Source of the DNA: Tubulanus polymorphus
Taxonomy: Eukaryota; Animalia; Nemertea
Assembly (NCBI RefSeq): GCF_964204645.1
Contig: NC_134034.1
Span: 3,179,814-3,243,813 of the forward strand
Length of the DNA: 64,000 nt
Reading direction: 5' to 3'
Shown one piece after another: positions 30,805 through 43,810 of this stretch. The notes below the pieces were generated by a model. It was not told where the DNA came from. It saw only the letters and a program-made list of their open reading frames with translations, and ran no database searches. The position numbers and the translations under genes are program-made. The number at the start of each line of letters is the position of its first letter. Positions within the stretch are counted from its first letter, which is position 1.

Positions 30805-33072
30805 ATGAGTTCTTCACAACGCCGCGAAGAATCGACCGTCCACCAGGGGGCGAAGCTGTTCGAGTGCGAGTTCTGTGAAAAGAGTTTCAGCTGGAAGTGG
30901 AATCTACGACAACACAGACTCCGCATACACGACCGCGTGCATCGGTTTAAATGCGATCACTGCGGTAAAACATTCTGTGCCAAAGAAGAGTTAAAACATC
31001 ACATGTCTGCCGTTCATTTGAAATTAAAGCCGCACCAGTGCGCCATCTGTGAGAAACGTTACGTAAAAATTACCACTTTGAAAACACATGTCAAGATTGT
31101 GCACGAAGGCGTTCGGGCGTTTCAATGCGAAATCTGCCTCCAGACGTTTGGACAAAAAGGTAGTTTAAAGCAACACATGAACGTTCATAAGGAGGCGAAG
31201 CCGTTCCAGTGCGACATTTGTAAACGGGGGTTCAGTCGGAAAAATGGCCTGCAGTACCATCTAATGACAAACCACGACAGCAGCGTGCGTCCGTTTGAAT
31301 GCGATCACTGCGATGAAACATTCACCAGAATACGAGACTTAAAAAATCACACGTCTTTCGTTCATCTGGAACTAAAACCGCACCAGTGCGCCACCTGTCA
31401 GAAACATTTCGTTAATAAATTGGATCTGAAAAGACACATTGACGCTGTACACAAAGGCATCAGACCGTATGAATGCGAAATCTGTCAGCGGGCATTTAAA
31501 CGAAAATCTCAATTAAATCTACACGTGACGCTCATCCACCAGGGGGCGTCGCCTTACCAGTGCGAGATTTGTCGTAAACCGTTCATTGATCAATTTAATT
31601 TGAAGAGACATGTCAAATTCGTCCATGAAGGCGTTCAACCGTACACGTGTGCAATCTGTCAGCAGACGTTTGGGCAAGAGGTAAGTCTAAACCGGCACGT
31701 GGCAACCTTCCACCAGGGGGCGAAGCCGTACCAGTGCGAGATTTGTGAAGCGCGTTTTGCTCTGCGAAGTAACCTGAAGTACCATATAGAGACCATACAC
31801 GACGGTGTGGGTCCGTTTAAATGTGATCACTGCGATAAAACATTCACCAGAAAGGCAACGCTGAAAGATCATACATCTGCGGTTCATCTGAAAAAGCCGC
31901 ACCAGTGCGCCATGTGTGAGAAACATTTCATAGGAATTACCAGTTTGAAAACACATGTCAAGATTGTGCACGAAGGCGTTCGGGCGTTTCAATGCGAAAT
32001 CTGCCTCCGGAAGTTTGGACGAAAAGGTCATTTAAAGCAACACATGACCATTCATAAGGAGGCGAAGCCGTTCCAGTGCGACATTTGTAAACGGGGGTTC
32101 AGTCAGAAAGGTAGCCTGCGGTACCATTTAAAGACCATGCACGGCGGTGTGGGTCTGTTTAAATGTGATCACTGTGATAAAACATTCACCAGAGAGGCAA
32201 CGCTGAAAGATCATATATCTGCGGTTCATCTGAAATCAACGCCGCACAAGTGCGCCACCTGTCAGGAAAGATTCACAACAAAATCGTCGTTGAAAGTTCA
32301 TTTAGAGAGCGTGCATAAACACAGACCGCGTCGTTGTAAAATCCGTCAGCAGACGTTCAAAACAAAGAATACCGGTACTCCAAATGAGCAGGTGTTAGCA
32401 ATTCATTCCACCAGGGGCGCTAGTCATTCTAGTCTTTCATCGTCATCAGCAACGTTTAATTGTGAAATATGTGAGAAATCATGCGGAACAAAAGACAGTC
32501 TGGCGATACACGTGTCTTCCAAACATCCTAAAGAGGGCGCTGAAAGGAGATTTCGGTGTAAATTCTGTTCGAAAAGTTATTCGCACAAGGCTTCGCTGAA
32601 TCAACATGTGAAAAAAACTCATCATCGGTTTGAAAAAGACTCGGTGACGGCGGAGGAGACAGGTTTAGAAATTGAAGAGGAGACAAACGAGGTAAATACA
32701 GACTCTGAGATGTTCGACACAGATTTAGAGGTAAAATCCGATTCCGAGACTGAGGAGGAGATCGAGGATGTGAAAACTGAGGAGACAAAGACGGTAAATG
32801 CCGTTTGTCAGTCAGATAAGGTGACAAAGGGGGTAAATACAGGTTCTGGAACAGATGAGACAAACGAGGTGAACACCGATTCTAAGAAGGTCGGCACAGA
32901 TTCACTTGTTGAGTCCGATTCCGACACTGAGGAGGGAACAGAATCTGAGGCAGATTTTAAGGAAGAGGAAAATGTGAATCCGATAAAAAAGATGAAATAC
33001 GACAAATCATTCGCGTGGCAACACTACGCAGTGTGTTCTGGGAGAATATGGATTTTTGTAGACGATGAATAA
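30805..33072 (+). CDS. Multi-C2H2 zinc-finger protein with acidic tail, paralog 1
   Basis: About 19-20 CxxC-x12-Hxxx(x)H units in a single coding exon. First ATG is at 30805; the ORF track starts at a TTG. Confidence 0.9.
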   Translation: MSSSQRREESTVHQGAKLFECEFCEKSFSWKWNLRQHRLRIHDRVHRFKCDHCGKTFCAKEELKHHMSAVHLKLKPHQCAICEKRYVKITTLKTHVKIVHEGVRAFQCEICLQTFGQKGSLKQHMNVHKEAKPFQCDICKRGFSRKNGLQYHLMTNHDSSVRPFECDHCDETFTRIRDLKNHTSFVHLELKPHQCATCQKHFVNKLDLKRHIDAVHKGIRPYECEICQRAFKRKSQLNLHVTLIHQGASPYQCEICRKPFIDQFNLKRHVKFVHEGVQPYTCAICQQTFGQEVSLNRHVATFHQGAKPYQCEICEARFALRSNLKYHIETIHDGVGPFKCDHCDKTFTRKATLKDHTSAVHLKKPHQCAMCEKHFIGITSLKTHVKIVHEGVRAFQCEICLRKFGRKGHLKQHMTIHKEAKPFQCDICKRGFSQKGSLRYHLKTMHGGVGLFKCDHCDKTFTREATLKDHISAVHLKSTPHKCATCQERFTTKSSLKVHLESVHKHRPRRCKIRQQTFKTKNTGTPNEQVLAIHSTRGASHSSLSSSSATFNCEICEKSCGTKDSLAIHVSSKHPKEGAERRFRCKFCSKSYSHKASLNQHVKKTHHRFEKDSVTAEETGLEIEEETNEVNTDSEMFDTDLEVKSDSETEEEIEDVKTEETKTVNAVCQSDKVTKGVNTGSGTDETNEVNTDSKKVGTDSLVESDSDTEEGTESEADFKEEENVNPIKKMKYDKSFAWQHYAVCSGRIWIFVDDE

Positions 33073-35654
33073 TAATGAACTTATCAAAGATTGCCACCAG
33101 GCAGCTGCAGTTCCATTGCCAATGACATATCTAATATCTGATGACATCTTGATCACTTTTTGTCTGATGCTTTGCAGAATTTATTGATGATAATTATCTT
33201 CGTTTTTGATAAAGATAACGATGTTGTTAAGGTGTCGTCTGCTGAGAAAGTGTTAATTTTCATTTTAGACAAAGAATAGTAACTCGTCAACTTGTCTAAA
33301 TCGAGATTGCCACCAGGTGGCAGCAGTTTTTTTCGTTGGATTATTCTGATGTTAAGTGGAATCGTTATAGTTAAGGTTGTTATAACGAGGTTCCACGGTA
33401 ATTAGGTTTGATTAGATTTGAAGTTTTTGATAGCTTCGTGATTTTTTCACTGCAAAATCTTTCTTAACAAGTTAATATGTGACATTTTTATCAATTCATC
33501 AATATAGAATCATGTGTCCTATTTTTGAATAATGTAATATAGGCAACATATTCTCTTGTAATGTGTCTGCGTTTACATCTAGCGAATTCATGATTATATA
33601 CAAAAATATATTCATTATCCTTATCAGAAAGCTTCTCTGTATTGATGTGCAGGGCGGATTTAGGGGAGGTTCTCTAAACCCCGTGATCATTATACGTTTA
33701 CAGAAACGTATTAACGAGGTTCAACTGGACTGATGATACAATTCCAGCAACTGAACGCAATGGAACAGGTATCGCAGGCGCGGATCCAGGATTTTTTCCA
33801 TTGTGTGTGGGGGGGGGGGGCGTTTCATAAAGAATATAATGTTAAAACGACCCCTGGAACCCCCCACCCCCTGGATCCGCACTTATACCGTATATCTTGC
33901 TCGTTTCCGTTCCCGCTCCTATCTTTTTCGGTTTTGTTTTTTGATCGCCTCTTCATCTTAAGAATAAATTATTTTATCACGGGGCGGCACAAGTTTGTCA
34001 TGGGAGTTTGATAACTGCGACTTCAAAAAGTTGAACATACCAGCCATCCACTGCGGTAGAACACCACTTGCAATGTCTGATATAACTTGAAAAGATAGTT
34101 TTTCTCGTATATTTGCTGCGCAGGTCTCTGGTAGATGACTTTTCAAGCATGGAAAATTCTTATTCCTTTTCGTTCCTGATTTTATCAATTCCCTGCATAG
34201 GAGTTGATAAACCAGCAACGGAGCGGAAAAAGATATTTCAAAACGTAAAACGGTCTTTACAATGCAAATCATTCGGCTTATACCATCTAGAATAAATATC
34301 CTAAAAGACGGGACGTCGATATCGGAACGTGAGACTATTCTAAACATGGGCTGCGTTTACCGGTTTGTATGTAGAGTGCTCTGGGAAAGAAAACCAGCCC
34401 CCATTTGCTGGGCTTGGTCATCCTCGCTTGCCAGGGTTTGATTGCCTGACACCGAAAGTTCACGCCAACATTAAACCATGGCCGTAAAAACCCTTTATTG
34501 GTCTATTTATTGTCCTATATTTCTGATGGACGGACAGGTTGCCAAGAAATGGGCAAAGTGATAGGCCACAGCTGGTTCAGCATCGGTGGGAAGCGAGGAT
34601 GAACTTGGTGGACATCGCCCTCATTGATTTCCTTGATTCGGCTGAAAAACCATTAAGTGACTCGTTGGTTGTTTACGGACCGCGAAAGAATACGATCGGA
34701 CGGATAAAAGGTTCGAAATAGAACGTGGGCGACACCCCGCCTACCCTCTCCAAGCCGGAGCATGTTCCACCGGGCGTCGAGGTTGAGGATTAGAACTTGC
34801 ATTTCAACACGAAATGTCCAACACTTAAAAAAATGAACTAGAAACCTCCTTTTTGATAAACTCGACCGTCTCTCCCCCATTCGATCGTCGGATGATAAAG
34901 TTTTTACATTCCAAACTTATACAGTCGAGCCCGCTTTTAATCGAATTCAATGCGGGGGCCAAAGCGTTCATCGAGATAGATTCAAAAATTCGTATTTTAG
35001 TCAGTAATTCTATTTATTCCATTGCCGATATCAGGACGTCAGGTATTTAAATCAATCTACTGGGGCCAACTACTGTGCTGCGTTCTTTGAACACATCCGG
35101 TCAACTTTTTCATATTTTATCCTGTATATCTTTTAATATGTTAAATAATTTGTCATCATTTTTCCATTTCTTTGTCTTGTTTAACTTTGTTGACGTATCA
35201 CTAAAATATTTTATTTTAAAATTTATTAGTGCCAATGAAGTATTTGAATTGAATTGTTCATTGGAGTAGACGGCGCTTTGGTCGAAAATAATGAGCCGAA
35301 AATCAAAATAATCCATATGAGTTTAACTGCAGCGTCCCGTGAGAGGACCCGGGCCTGTGACGGGACATGGGTCCTCTCACGGGACAAATGTAGAATTCTT
35401 ACATGAAACGTCGATTCCAATGCTAGCGGTTTCGAGTCCCTTATATATTCTTATGTATTCCGCCTATAACGATTATGAATAAATAAATTCAACTATCGAT
35501 TGTAATTATTACATTTTCCAATTTGATTTCATTTATAAATACATGAGGGCCTACCGAAAAATTCTAATTTACTGCAGGGCCAGGGGGACAATAGGGGATA
35601 TGAATGCACGTTTTTCACGCAGGATTTTACAACGGAACCCGCGATTCAAGTTAC

Positions 35655-36900
35655 CGTCCCGTGAGAGGTCCCGATTCAACACAATGTCCCGTGAGAGGAC
35701 CCGATTTTAAATACTGTCCCGTGAGAGGACCCGATTAAACACACTGTTCCGTGAGAGGACCCGATTTTGAATACTGTCCCGTTAGACGACCCTATTTTAA
35801 ATACTGTCCCGCGAAGGAACCCGATTTTAAATACTGTCCCGTGAGAGGACCCGATTCAACACACTGTCCCGTGAGAGGACCTGGTTTCAAATAATGTCCC
35901 GTGAGAGGACCCGGATCAACTTACTGTTCCGTGAGAGGACCTGGTTTCAAATAATGTCACGTGAGAGGACCCGATTAAACACACTGTTCCGTGAGAGGAC
36001 CCGATTTTGAATACTGTCCCGTTAGACGACCCTATTTTAAATACTGTCCCGTGAAGGAACCCGATTTTAAATACTGTCCCGTGAGAGGACCCGATTCAAC
36101 ACACTGTCCCGTGAGAGGACCTGGTTTCAAATAATGTCCCGTGAGAGGACCCGGATCAACTTACTGTTCCGTGAGAGGACCTGGTTTCAAATAATGTCAC
36201 GTGAGAGGACCCGGTTCAACACACTGTCCCGTGAGAGGACCCGATTTTAAATACTGTCCCGTTAGAGGACCCTATTTTAAATACTGTCCCGTGAGAGGAC
36301 CCGGTTCAACACACTGTCCCGTGAGAGGACCCGAATCAACACACTGTCCCGTGAGAGGACCCTATTTTAAATACTGTCCCGCGAAGGAACCCGATTTTAA
36401 ATACTGTCCCGTGAGAGGACCCGGTTCAACACACTGTCCCGTGAGAGGACCCGATTCAACACACTGTCCCGTAAGTGGACCTTATTTTAAATACTGTCCC
36501 GTGAGAGGACCCGATTCAACATACTGTCCCGTGAGAGGACCCGATTCAACACACTGTCCCGTGAGAGGACCCGAATCAACTTACTGTCCCGTGAGAGGAC
36601 CTGGTTTCAAAGAATGTCACGTGAGAGGACTCGGTTCAACACACTGTCCCGTGAGAGGACCTGGTTTCAAATAATGTCACGTGATAGGGCCCGATTCAAC
36701 ACTCTGTCCCGTGAGAGGACCCGATTCAACACACTGTCCCGTGAGAGGGCCCGCTTTTAAATAATGTCCCGTGAGAGGACCCGATTCAACATACTGTCCC
36801 GTGAGAGGACCCGATTCAACACACTGTCCCGTGAGAGGACCCGAATCAACTTACTGTTCCGTGAGAGGACCTGGTTTCAAAGAATGTCCCGTGAGAGGAC
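35655..36900 (+). repeat. 30-bp tandem array (~41 units), left arm of the foldback element
   Basis: Core TGTCCCGTGAGAGGACCC plus a 12-nt variable part; a 240-bp higher-order duplication is visible. Confidence 0.95.
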
Positions 36901-37799
36901 TAAAATTGTCCACTTTGTCAATGTTGAGTCCCATGCTCATAATGATAATGCATTTTTGCCATATATAAAAATTACAACAAGAAATTATTATTTCAACAAT
37001 ATGCGTACAATGATGGCTGGATGTACGTACTAAAAGCCAAATTGGCTATGTCCCCTTAAAACATAAAACAAATCGTATATATGTGAAATTATGTTCAGTT
37101 ATTTATTTATCAAAATCTGTAAACCATATTACATTCGAAGACTATATTATTCATATTTGAACATAAACAACATACGTTGGAATTCGAAATCAATTTAGCA
37201 TTTTAGATTACTAAATCTTTGTCGCCAAACTAAATTGTTACTTATCATTTAATTATTAATTATTACTTTACACGGTAAAAAAGGTTATCATCAATTCTTT
37301 CATATTTCCCCTTTTACTCTTCAGCAATATTTCCCAATTCCGGATAGATGTATTATAATTTGAACCAAAAATTATCATTTCATATTGGATGACAGAAAAC
37401 GCCCTTGTCTGTTAAGACACAATACAAAAATAATATTTAACACGAAGTAGTACACAGCATAAGACATCGACAACAAACCAGGCAGATAAAACGATCCACT
37501 AATTAACAACAATTTACAATACCATCTCGGCCCCGGCTGGAATCTTTCAACCATCATTCATAACTTCTGAAACATCATTGCAAAGAACTTCTATAGGCTA
37601 TATACTACACACATCTATTAGAAGACTGGACAGCATTTCAACAATTCAAACATCCATGTCACAATCTGGTTCCTATTAAAACCATTACCAAAATTCAGCA
37701 AAGACTAGCAATCCAAAAATTCATCTCTAGCAATCCAAAAATTCATCGCAACAAGAAAACTTATTCCATAGAATACAATCATTACGGGATAACCAATCT

Positions 37800-39200
37800 A
37801 CAACAGCTCCATTTAAGAATCGAAAACTGCTTCACTCTTCAATAATCTGGCAAGAAGTATTTGGACATTAGTCGTTGTACATCTTTTAGTTTTTTGGCCT
37901 CTGTTCTTCTTCCAAGAATATCAGCCTCGTTGTATGTGATATTTCGGTAGGTTGACACCAATAAACAAATGGCCTCTTTAAGCAAAACGTCATTAACATA
38001 CGTTACTGCTGACCTGAAAAATATTTTAATACAATGAATATAACATGGATGAAATTCTTTTAAGAAATTAGCAATAGAAGATGAGAATGAACTTACGTCT
38101 TTCCTTCTTTAAAAACTGAATTCAGCATTTTAGAATGATGTTGTCGGAGGGTCATGTAGCGAGTTGAATATGGTTTCCTGTAATTGAAATGAATTGATTA
38201 TCATTTCGAAATATAGTAAAAAAACTTCACGTCTGATTCATGTATATACTTACGATTTGTCCGCAAAGGTAGGGCTGACGTATGATTTCATTACACTATA
38301 GAGATATGCATGGCCCTTTAAAATATTGAATATTACGATGATCGAAAGAAAGCTCATTTATTTGTACGCATTTCATATTTTCTGTTATCAATGCTTACCC
38401 CATCAGTTAAAAGCCCATAGCCATATCCTTTCAGTTCTTTTTCGGCTCTTTCATGGTCTTTGTTAATCAAGTCCAAATGTCTCCTGAATTCCGGCCTTCT
38501 GAAACCAAAGATTGTATATTATCAACAAAAGTTTGAAAAATTCAACAAACTGGCGAGATTTCTACTAAGGTACAATATTTACCTCTTGTCTTTTATCTCG
38601 GCATTAATTATACGAGAAACGTGATATTCAACCGCGCCAAGCTGCGAAAAGAAAAACATTTGATTCATTGCTTTCTAGTGGAAAATGGCAAGAGTTTCGT
38701 ATGCATTATGTATCGGATTCCATACCTGACTCTTAATGAATCGTTTAGGTACCTATATAAAAAGAATGCAATCACATTGTATAAAAGGATAGCATAGCAA
38801 GGATATAGGCATAGCTTATTTGATCAAAATATTTTTTTAGTTCATCGCTTACCTGAAAACACGTTTCGCATCTATAGTCAATTTTCTCCACAGTATCTTC
38901 GTTCAGACCAATACATTTCGGATGGAACCACCCACTACATTCATCGCATTGCAAATACTTCCCAAAATGCAAATGCAGAAAATTTTGAAAGTGAAGGTAA
39001 GTGAAAGTGAAAGTGAAGGTAAAAGATTTTTTCGACAATGACGACTGAATCTTAAAACAACAGCCTGATCTTATATGATATAATTAAGCTTTACCTTCCA
39101 TCATCTGGTTTCTTGCAAACGCAGTAGATTCCTTTATCGACAACCCGTCTTCTTTTTTTCTGCGGTTCTCAGAGGTAACTGTCACTTTGACGCTATGAAA
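37800..39200 (-). pseudogene. Decayed multi-exon gene with a PHD finger inside the foldback element (boundaries approximate)
   Basis: Exons give IYCVCKKPDDG plus KYLQCDECSGWFHPKCIGL...YRCETC (C4HC3). There is an in-frame TGA upstream of the finger and no canonical AG at the expected acceptor. Further short GT-AG exons follow. Confidence 0.65.
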
Positions 39201-40108
39201 TTCAATTAATTAACCCTTAGCTGACATGAACAAGGCTTCTGATGGCTGTATTATTTTTGCCAAATAGTCAGAAGGGGTGGCATATACTATCAACTTACCG
39301 TCTTCCGTGGGTTAGGCCGCAAGGTTACCCTCTGACACTCTCGACTGACACGCGTCGTCTTGGGATATAGCTCCTTTTTACTAGGGCAACGTAGTGAATA
39401 TCTTGAATATGCCCTAGTAAGATGGGTTCAGCATTTTTACATTCGACAGGATCTATCATATTGATGTTTGACTGCTCTGAACTGGTATATAGTACCATTG
39501 GTCTCCCTTAACAGTCAGCTGTGGCACGGACAACTAAAGCATCGGCCCAGGTGGTTCTTTGTCTCATTTTATTAAGATATAATGGCCATGTCAGATGAGA
39601 CTCCAGAAAGTCGGCCTTATCAGCCCCATCCAGCGAAGCAAACCATAATATGTGTATATAATATTTATTGTAGTCTGTCTTGATATATCAATGGGTTTTT
39701 AATTTACTTACAGCGCAATATCTATTTTCAGAAAGGTATGAAACAGCCATTAATCGTAGCTCATGTGCTGTTATGTCAACGTTTTCTCGCCTCAATAAAC
39801 CATTTTACAGTTGCTAGCCGCCATGCAACAACTTTTGGCTCACGTTTGAAATATCATCGCCCACGTCGTCGTCTTGGTCCTGTCGTTCGCCGGATACCTA
39901 TAAATCAAAATAGAGAAATATTCCACCAGTATTCACTATTTGTCATAAAGATATTTATTCAACAACTTTTGACTCACGTTTGAAATATCATCGCCCACGT
40001 CATCGTCTTGGTCCTGTCGTTCGCCGGACACCTACAAATCAAAATAGAGAAATATTCCACCAATATTCACTATTTGTCATAAAGATACTCATTCAACAAC
40101 TTTTGGCT

Positions 40109-41455
40109 CACGGGACAGTGTGTTGAATCGGGTCCTCTCACGGGACAGTGTGTTGAATCGGGTCCTCTCACGGGACATTATTTGAAACCGGGTCCTCTCA
40201 TGGGACAGCAAGTTGATTCGGGTCCTCTCACGGGACAGTATTAGAAATCGGGTCCTCTCACGGGACAGTGTGTTGAATCGGGCCCTCTCACGGGACATTA
40301 TTTGAAACCGGGCCCTCTCACGGGACAGCAAGTTGATTCGGGTCTTCTCACGGGACAGTATTTAAAATCGGGTCCTCTCACGGGACAGTGTGTTGATACG
40401 GGCCCTCTCGCGGGACATTATTTGAAACCGGGTCCTCTCACGGGACAGTGTGTTGAATCGGGCCCTCTCGCGGGACAGTATTTAAAATCGGGTTCCTTCG
40501 CGGGACAGTATTTAAAATAGGGTCCTCTCACGGGAGAGTGTGTTGAACCGGGTCCTCTAACGGGACAGTATTTAAAATCGGGTCCTCTCACGGGACAGTG
40601 TGTTGAATCGGGTCCTCTCACGGGACATTATTTAAAATCGGGCCCTCTCACGGGACAGTGTGTTGAACCGGGTCCTCTCACGGGACAGCAAGTTGATTCG
40701 GGTCATCTCACGGGACAGTATTTAAAACCGGACCCTCTCACGGGACAGTGTGTTGAATCGGGTCCTCTCACGGGACATTATTTAAAATCGGGCCCTCTCA
40801 CGGGACAGTGTGTTGAATCGGGCCCTCTCACGGGACATTATTTGAAACCGGGGCCTCTCACGGGACAGTATTCAAAATCGGGTCCTCTCACGGGACAGTA
40901 TTCAAAATCGGGCCCTCTCACGGAACAGTGTGTTGAACCGGGTCCTCTCACGGGACAGTGTGTTGAATCGGGCCCTCTCACGGGACATTATTTGAAACTG
41001 GGCCCTCTCACGGGACAGTATTCAAAATCGGGTCCTCTCACGGGACAGTATTTAAGATCGGGCCCTCTCACGGGACAGTGAGTTGAATCGGGCCCTCTCA
41101 CGGGACATTATTTGAAACCGGGCCCTATCACGGGACAGTATTCAAAATCGGATCCTCTCACGGGACAGTATTTAAAATCGGGCCCTCTCACGGAACAGTG
41201 TGTTGAACCGGGTCCTCTCACGGGACAGTATTTAAAATCGGGTCCTCTCACGGGACAGTGTGTTGAATCGGGCCCTCTCACGGGACATTATTTGAAATCG
41301 GGTCCTCTCACGGGACAGTGTGTTGAATCAGGTCCTCTCACGGGACAGTGTGTTGAATCGGGTCCTCTCACGGGACAGTATTTAAAATCGGGTCCTCTCA
41401 CGGGACAGTAAGTTGAATCGGGTCTTCTCACGGGACAGTGTGTTGAATCGGGTCC
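40109..41455 (-). repeat. 30-bp tandem array (~45 units), right arm, inverted relative to the left arm
   Basis: GGGTCCTCTCACGGGACA core every 30 bp. Confidence 0.95.
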
Positions 41456-43810
41456 CTCACTTTGAATTCTCTCTCGAGAGTGATCTAGGGCCATTAAGTT
41501 GCCCCCTCCACTTTTACTTTTGTTTGCAGTGTAACGCTTAACAAACGGTTACTAACACCATTGGCACCAAAATTGTCAAGATACATTCACTTTATTTTCG
41601 ATAGTATGAGTCAGTCTATACACTAAAAATTGAAATTTCGATAGCTGTGGTTCTGTCTTCTCTTGATCCGATCTTCATTATTACATTTAATGTTTCGATT
41701 TGATGATATCATTGATCTGAAATAATAAAATTACGAACAAATTTCGATTATTAACATGTTCTTAACATTATTTTGAGTGTATATAGTAACCAATCGAGTG
41801 CAGTTTCTTTCGACATTTCGTCTACGAAATGCAAAGTTTTCATTTTCCATCGGGACCTGTGACGGGACATCCTTGTCCCGTCACAGGCCCCAGGTCCTCT
41901 CACGGGACATGCTGCATAGCTGCAGTTTAACCTGTTTCAAATAATCGTTCGCGTTGTATAACATGCAGCAAGGAGAAAGGCCTATCACAAACCGCCTCTT
42001 AAAATTCTCCCAACATACCAGAATGCTGGTAATACCAGCGATCAATCGCATCTCGTGATATTTCAACAAAAGAACAATCAAACACCAAAAAAGGCAAGAT
42101 TAAAGGTACCAACTTCATCTTTTAGTTTACACTTACCTCCTTTTTACACACTCGGTAAGTTTTGATGGTCCAAAAGCGCGGTCACTGTTTGGAGAACTTA
42201 GTTGATTAGAGAAAATACGGACCACCTAGTCTTGTAACTAAATAGCCGTTGTTCTGCAAACAGTAGAGGGCGAAAGTGCTCATATAAGCTTAATTTTCCT
42301 CCCTCATTCTGAAGGACGAGGCTTTGAGCGTCTATTTCACCCCTTACTATATCGTCAACTTACCTCAAACTGACTGTTCTGTAATCAGATAGAAGTAAAC
42401 TATGGTTTGTGCATAAATTTGTAATCATAAGTAGCTTTCGACGATCGTAGTAGCTCAAAACATTTGACTAATGTCTATTTCAACCTGACTTGACAGCATT
42501 CCGGGTGGCCTAGCTCGCTCATTTTTGGTTGTCCATACCTCATTAGTGTCTTATTGGGATCAGAAAGCACTGGCAGTCGACCTAAAACATCGTTTTTCAA
42601 TCCATTTGAAACTGAATTGAAGGATCCAAAAAGTCTGCATTGAGAGGGGTTCCTGAGAGAAAAGAGACTCCATGATTTGAAAGTTTATCAATATGTTTCC
42701 ATGCCTACATAGGCATGGCATTGTCCTATTGTTAAACTTTCAAATCATGGAGGCTCTTTTCTGTCATGAACCCTTTTAATGAAGACTTTTTGGATATGCC
42801 TCAAGTCGAGTTGAAATAGCTATATTAGACTGTAACCCTATTGAAACCCTAGACCCAATATGATGATTTAATTGTTACTTAGTTTATGTGTGTACTGTCA
42901 AATAGCGGTAGTAAATACTTTGCGGCATACGGCTAAATATGCACTTTTTTGATTTTTGGCCTTAACTAATTTTAGGCAATGCTGTATTGTTGGCCTAGGC
43001 TAGGCCTGTCCTATACAAGAGTGAAAAGTTGGCCATCACTAAAGGCACGGGCATAACAGGTATATAGGCCTACAATTCATTCTTTAAATGTTCGCTGCCA
43101 TTATGATGATACAGTGCTGCCCCCAATTGCCATTACGAATAAACTCGTAGGTTGGCACCGGGGCTGTATTACATAGCTGGCCTTAGCTCGGAATCGACCA
43201 CTGAGGAGCATTGGTAATGAAGCACAATTTTCCCACATCGCAAGCCAATCGCGTACGGATACCCTGTGTACAGTTGTCTTTGCTCAAGTCGGATCTTTTG
43301 GGTTTGTTAAAATATGTCCGACTTGAGAGTGATATCCGTATTGTTTGTCATATCTAGTCAACCCATGTTATACCAATATCACTGTATAGATATGTTTGTT
43401 TGTTTAGTTTTTTGGCTTTACGTCGTTTTATCATTGGAAAATTTATCTACGGCCATGAACATTTAATTATCAAAACAGCGAGTGTGTAAACATGAATTTA
43501 ATCCTTAATCCTATAAATCCTGCCGTGGAAATATTCAGTGTTTTGAAGCATGAAACAACCCGAAGCAAATCTCTTTACCACATACCGTGCTGAAAAAAGT
43601 CAACACTTTTCATTCATAAATTCATTTTTGAGGGTTATTCAAAGTATGAGAACTGTTGAATTTTTTTTTTTAAGACGGCCGGCAGTGAACGTGTTAAAGT
43701 GGAGTGTCGTCTACTCTATGTTGAAACTTATCTTAATCATTGTTGACCCTGTTAATCTGTGATTCCGTTTGTTTTTAGATTCAACGTTAGGCTGATTTTT
43801 GAATGTCGCG

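Larger units (their letters stand above)
35328..41924. mobile_element. Foldback-type DNA transposon (~6.6 kb) with TIRs, inverted subterminal 30-bp arrays and an internal decayed gene
   Basis: Ends TGCAGC(AT)GTCCCGTGAGAGGACC...GCCTGTGACGGGACA are inverted. GTTTAAC is duplicated at 35321-35327 and 41925-41931. The joined flanks match the uninterrupted paralogous sequence at about 47170-47370. Confidence 0.85.

Noticed and set aside
33958-34880. Possible coding fragments on the minus strand
   Set aside because: Frames contain stops, I recognise no domain, and I cannot support a gene model.
35655-41455. 30-bp arrays with a constant core and variable linker look like CRISPR arrays
   Set aside because: Linkers are only 12 nt and recur from a handful of variants, the arrays are inverted arms of a transposon, there are no cas genes, and the context is eukaryotic.
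36201-41494. Cys/Pro-rich repetitive ORFs (CPVRGP..., GPLTGQ...)
   Set aside because: They are translations of the 30-bp repeat, a multiple of 3, with no independent coding evidence.
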